46,481 bases of DNA, taken from the NCBI GenBank assembly GCA_004525545.1, contig SPCU01000002.1, forward strand, positions 1 through 46,481, given 5' to 3'. The DNA is from Methanomassiliicoccus sp. (GTDB lineage: Archaea > Thermoplasmatota > Thermoplasmata > Methanomassiliicoccales > UBA472). The translations under genes were made by a program, and so were the position numbers. The stretch's first letter is position 1; the number at the start of each line of letters is the position of its first letter. The notes beneath the pieces are model-generated. The model was not told the DNA's origin and did no database searches. It saw only the letters and a program-made list of their open reading frames with translations. Positions 44,195 through 46,481 of the stretch are shown here, one piece after another.

Positions 44195-46481
44195 TTATTT
44201 CTTCTTGGCCGGCGGGGTCGTAGGCTTCTTACCGGGCATCATGGGCAGCTTCTTCCGGAAGAAGAAGAGCACGATGACCACGATGATCACGGCGAATATC
44301 CCACCATACAACAACCACGCCTTCCATCCGGCCTCGTTGACCGTCAGGGAGACGGTGGCTGAGTTGTCGCTCATCTTGGAGGCGACCTCGTTGTTGGCAG
44401 TGACGTTCATCTGCAGGGTGTAGTCACCTTTTGACCCGAGGCTGACCTGCATGCGGATGACACCGCTTTCGCCTGGCTCGAGATAGGTGACCTCAGTGTC
44501 ATTCACCAGAAGCACACCGATATCACTGAGCCCGGTCCTGCTGCCGTCCAGGTTGATCTTCCACAGCTGGGCGAACAATCCCTCGGCCCTGGCGGTACCA
44601 ACGTTGGTGACGTTGATGTATATGTAGCCAGCCTCACCCTCGGTGAAGGTCGTGGGATCGAATATCACAGTGCCTACCCGGAGGTCCGGGCGGGCTGAGG
44701 ACCCGATCATCAGGTTGAAGGTCGTGTTGGCCGTGTTCCCGGCGTTGTCGATCAGCGTCAACTTGACCGCGAAGGTCTTGATGCTGCTGAAGGAGTGGCT
44801 CGGGGTTGACAGGTTGCTACTGGTTCCGTCGCCGAAGTCCCACAAGTAGCTGGCTATGCCACTGTAGTCGTAAGAGGCCGAGGAATCGAAGACCAGGGTC
44901 TGGTTCTCCTTGGCGCTGGTGACCACGGTGTCGTTCAGCTTCACGGAGAACTTGACGGTGGGCGCTACAGAGTCGTTCACGGTGACGGTGACCATCTTGC
45001 TAGAGGTGTGGTTGGCCACGTCGGTCACGTTCAGATACATGCTGTAGGTCCCAGGCTGGGACCAGATGTGACTGACGGTCTGGTTCTCGCCCATCAAGAC
45101 GGTGGTGCTGTTGCCGTCGCCGAACACCCACTTGTAGCTGGCTATGAGGCCGGCCTCGGTGGAGGCGTTCAAACGATCGTAGGAATCCACACTGGTGAGC
45201 TTAACGGCCGTATTCTGGTCCACGGTCAGAGCGTTGCCGACCGCAGTACCGTTCTCGGTCGTCATGACCACGGGTGCGACGCCATCGACCTTGACTTCGA
45301 ACTCCATATAGGCGTTCAGGCCGGACTTATCGGTCACGGTCAGGTTAACAGCGTACTGCTCAGCGGCTGTGTAGACATGCACGGCGGTGACGGTTGTCAC
45401 TGTGGTGCTATTGCCGTCGCCAAAGTTCCAAGTGTAGCTCAACGGGTTGCCGTTGGGGTCGCTGGACCCACTTGCGCTGAAGGTGACGTTGACGTTCGCG
45501 GCCACGACGTAGTGTAGCAGTGCGGACCCGTTCATCACCTTATAGGCGTCTACGCCGGTGACTATAGCGGCATTGGCCGTCGGGGCCAGGGACTTCTGGA
45601 CCGTCAAAGTGGCGTAGCCGGGAATAGAGGCTGCCACAACGGTGACCTCGGTATATCCAGAGACACTGATGCTGGTCGGGCTGGTGACGTTCTTCACCAT
45701 CTCATACTTGTCAGTCCCGCTGGGGAAGGCCAGATTGTAGCTGTATCCCATAGAGGCAGTGCTCGCGGCGGTGAAGACCTTGGCCTCGTAGCTGCTCAGA
45801 GCATTGGTAATGCCGGTCGTAACGTAATTGGCCATCATCTCCATTTGGAAGCCGGTGGTACTGTTGATCGGGCCAGATAGATCGGTGGTGTTAATGACGA
45901 CCGCGTCCTCGGAAACGAATACCTTGGCGGACACTGTCATCATGCCCTCAGTGGTAACATCCACAGGGCCATAGGAGGTCATCTCGACCTCGAACGCTGC
46001 TAGTTCAGTGGCATTTACCATGCCGTCACCGTCACCGAGGGCCAGGTCGATCTGCATCCTTGCGGAGGGCAGATAGGCGTAGTCCAGACCGGGTATGGTG
46101 TAGTCATAGTCAACGTTCATGGTCTTGGTCATTACCGCTGAGTTCCAGTCATCGGCGTCGAAGGCGAAGGCGTTCTCCACGCTCTGCAGATTCTGCGCGT
46201 TGAGGACGACCGATACCATGCTGTTGCCGCTGATGGTGACATCAGTTATTTTCGTCAGGGCTCCGCTGGCGTCGACCATTAGGGTGAAGTCCCCTGGGTA
46301 GGCGTCAAAGCGGAAGTAGTTGGAGGTGACTGTGGCCGAGATGACCTTCATGTCCGGAGCGGATAGAGGGTCGTTCTTGTCCACCAAATAAGCACTCACA
46401 CCGGTGGCTGGAGAACCGGCCACGGTGACGGTCCCGCTGTAGGACACTGATGCGTCCAGGGTCACGTTCTGCACCATGTTA
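44195..46481 (-). CDS. large cell-surface protein with PKD repeats, a CARDB-like domain and a C-terminal TM anchor (N-terminus outside the window)
   Basis: Three PKD signatures: SYTWNFGDGNSTT, SYKWVFGDGNSTT, SYLWDFGDGTSSN. CARDB-like PDLRVGTVIFDP..YIYINVTNVGT. C-terminal WLLYGGIFAVIIVVIVLFFF followed by a Lys/Pro-rich tail. Many N-x-S/T sequons. The ORF is open to the window edge. Confidence 0.8.
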   Translation of the reverse strand, partial: NMVQNVTLDASVSYSGTVTVAGSPATGVSAYLVDKNDPLSAPDMKVISATVTSNYFRFDAYPGDFTLMVDASGALTKITDVTISGNSMVSVVLNAQNLQSVENAFAFDADDWNSAVMTKTMNVDYDYTIPGLDYAYLPSARMQIDLALGDGDGMVNATELAAFEVEMTSYGPVDVTTEGMMTVSAKVFVSEDAVVINTTDLSGPINSTTGFQMEMMANYVTTGITNALSSYEAKVFTAASTASMGYSYNLAFPSGTDKYEMVKNVTSPTSISVSGYTEVTVVAASIPGYATLTVQKSLAPTANAAIVTGVDAYKVMNGSALLHYVVAANVNVTFSASGSSDPNGNPLSYTWNFGDGNSTTVTTVTAVHVYTAAEQYAVNLTVTDKSGLNAYMEFEVKVDGVAPVVMTTENGTAVGNALTVDQNTAVKLTSVDSYDRLNASTEAGLIASYKWVFGDGNSTTVLMGENQTVSHIWSQPGTYSMYLNVTDVANHTSSKMVTVTVNDSVAPTVKFSVKLNDTVVTSAKENQTLVFDSSASYDYSGIASYLWDFGDGTSSNLSTPSHSFSSIKTFAVKLTLIDNAGNTANTTFNLMIGSSARPDLRVGTVIFDPTTFTEGEAGYIYINVTNVGTARAEGLFAQLWKINLDGSRTGLSDIGVLLVNDTEVTYLEPGESGVIRMQVSLGSKGDYTLQMNVTANNEVASKMSDNSATVSLTVNEAGWKAWLLYGGIFAVIIVVIVLFFFRKKLPMMPGKKPTTPPAKKK

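Noticed and set aside
1-46481. CRISPR arrays, transposases, integrases, toxin-antitoxin or recognisable defence genes, rRNA, RNase P or SRP RNA.
   Set aside because: No direct-repeat/spacer periodicity, no recombinase or nuclease signatures, and no long non-coding gaps were seen. The only gap over 150 nt is 22252-22560. Detection by eye is imperfect for structured RNAs.

Overview
No similarity search was run, so all calls rest on the ORF track, motif recognition and reading the DNA. The window looks like a very compact archaeal chromosomal segment, probably from a Thermoplasmata/Methanomassiliicoccales-like methyl-reducing methanogen. Supporting features are archaeal-type S3Ae, L37e, LSm, aRF1, DTD2 and PdaD, HdrBC, a hydrogenase maturation protease, a corrinoid methyltransferase operon, and an intron-containing tRNA. 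Most of it is housekeeping: purF, pyrC, pyrH, trpS, pheS, argS, prf1, rps3ae, rpl37e and lplA. Genes commonly abut or overlap, both within operons (ATGA/TGATG) and between convergent genes. I saw no rRNA, CRISPR array, transposase or integrase. The least ordinary part is an ~11 kb block at about 22.2-33.1 kb. It opens with an AT-rich ~300 nt leader, followed by a B12-binding corrinoid protein and a Zn-type UroD-family methyltransferase. Next come a split COG0523 GTPase and a Cys-rich Zn-ribbon protein. On the opposite strand lie a hydantoinase-like ASKHA ATPase with two DGC-domain proteins and fur-cbiMNQO cobalt uptake; a DUF1638 gene on the + strand closes the block. The candidates I rank highest for undescribed biology are: (1) a Rab/Ras-like small GTPase abutted to a V4R (Bet3-like)-DUF835 protein; (2) the hydantoinase-like ATPase plus two DGC proteins, as a possible unconventional corrinoid activation or repair module; (3) a Zn-ribbon-PUA-PP-loop-ferredoxin fusion protein. 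One gene is missing from the ORF track because it is under 60 aa: ribosomal protein L37e at 1538-1705 (-).
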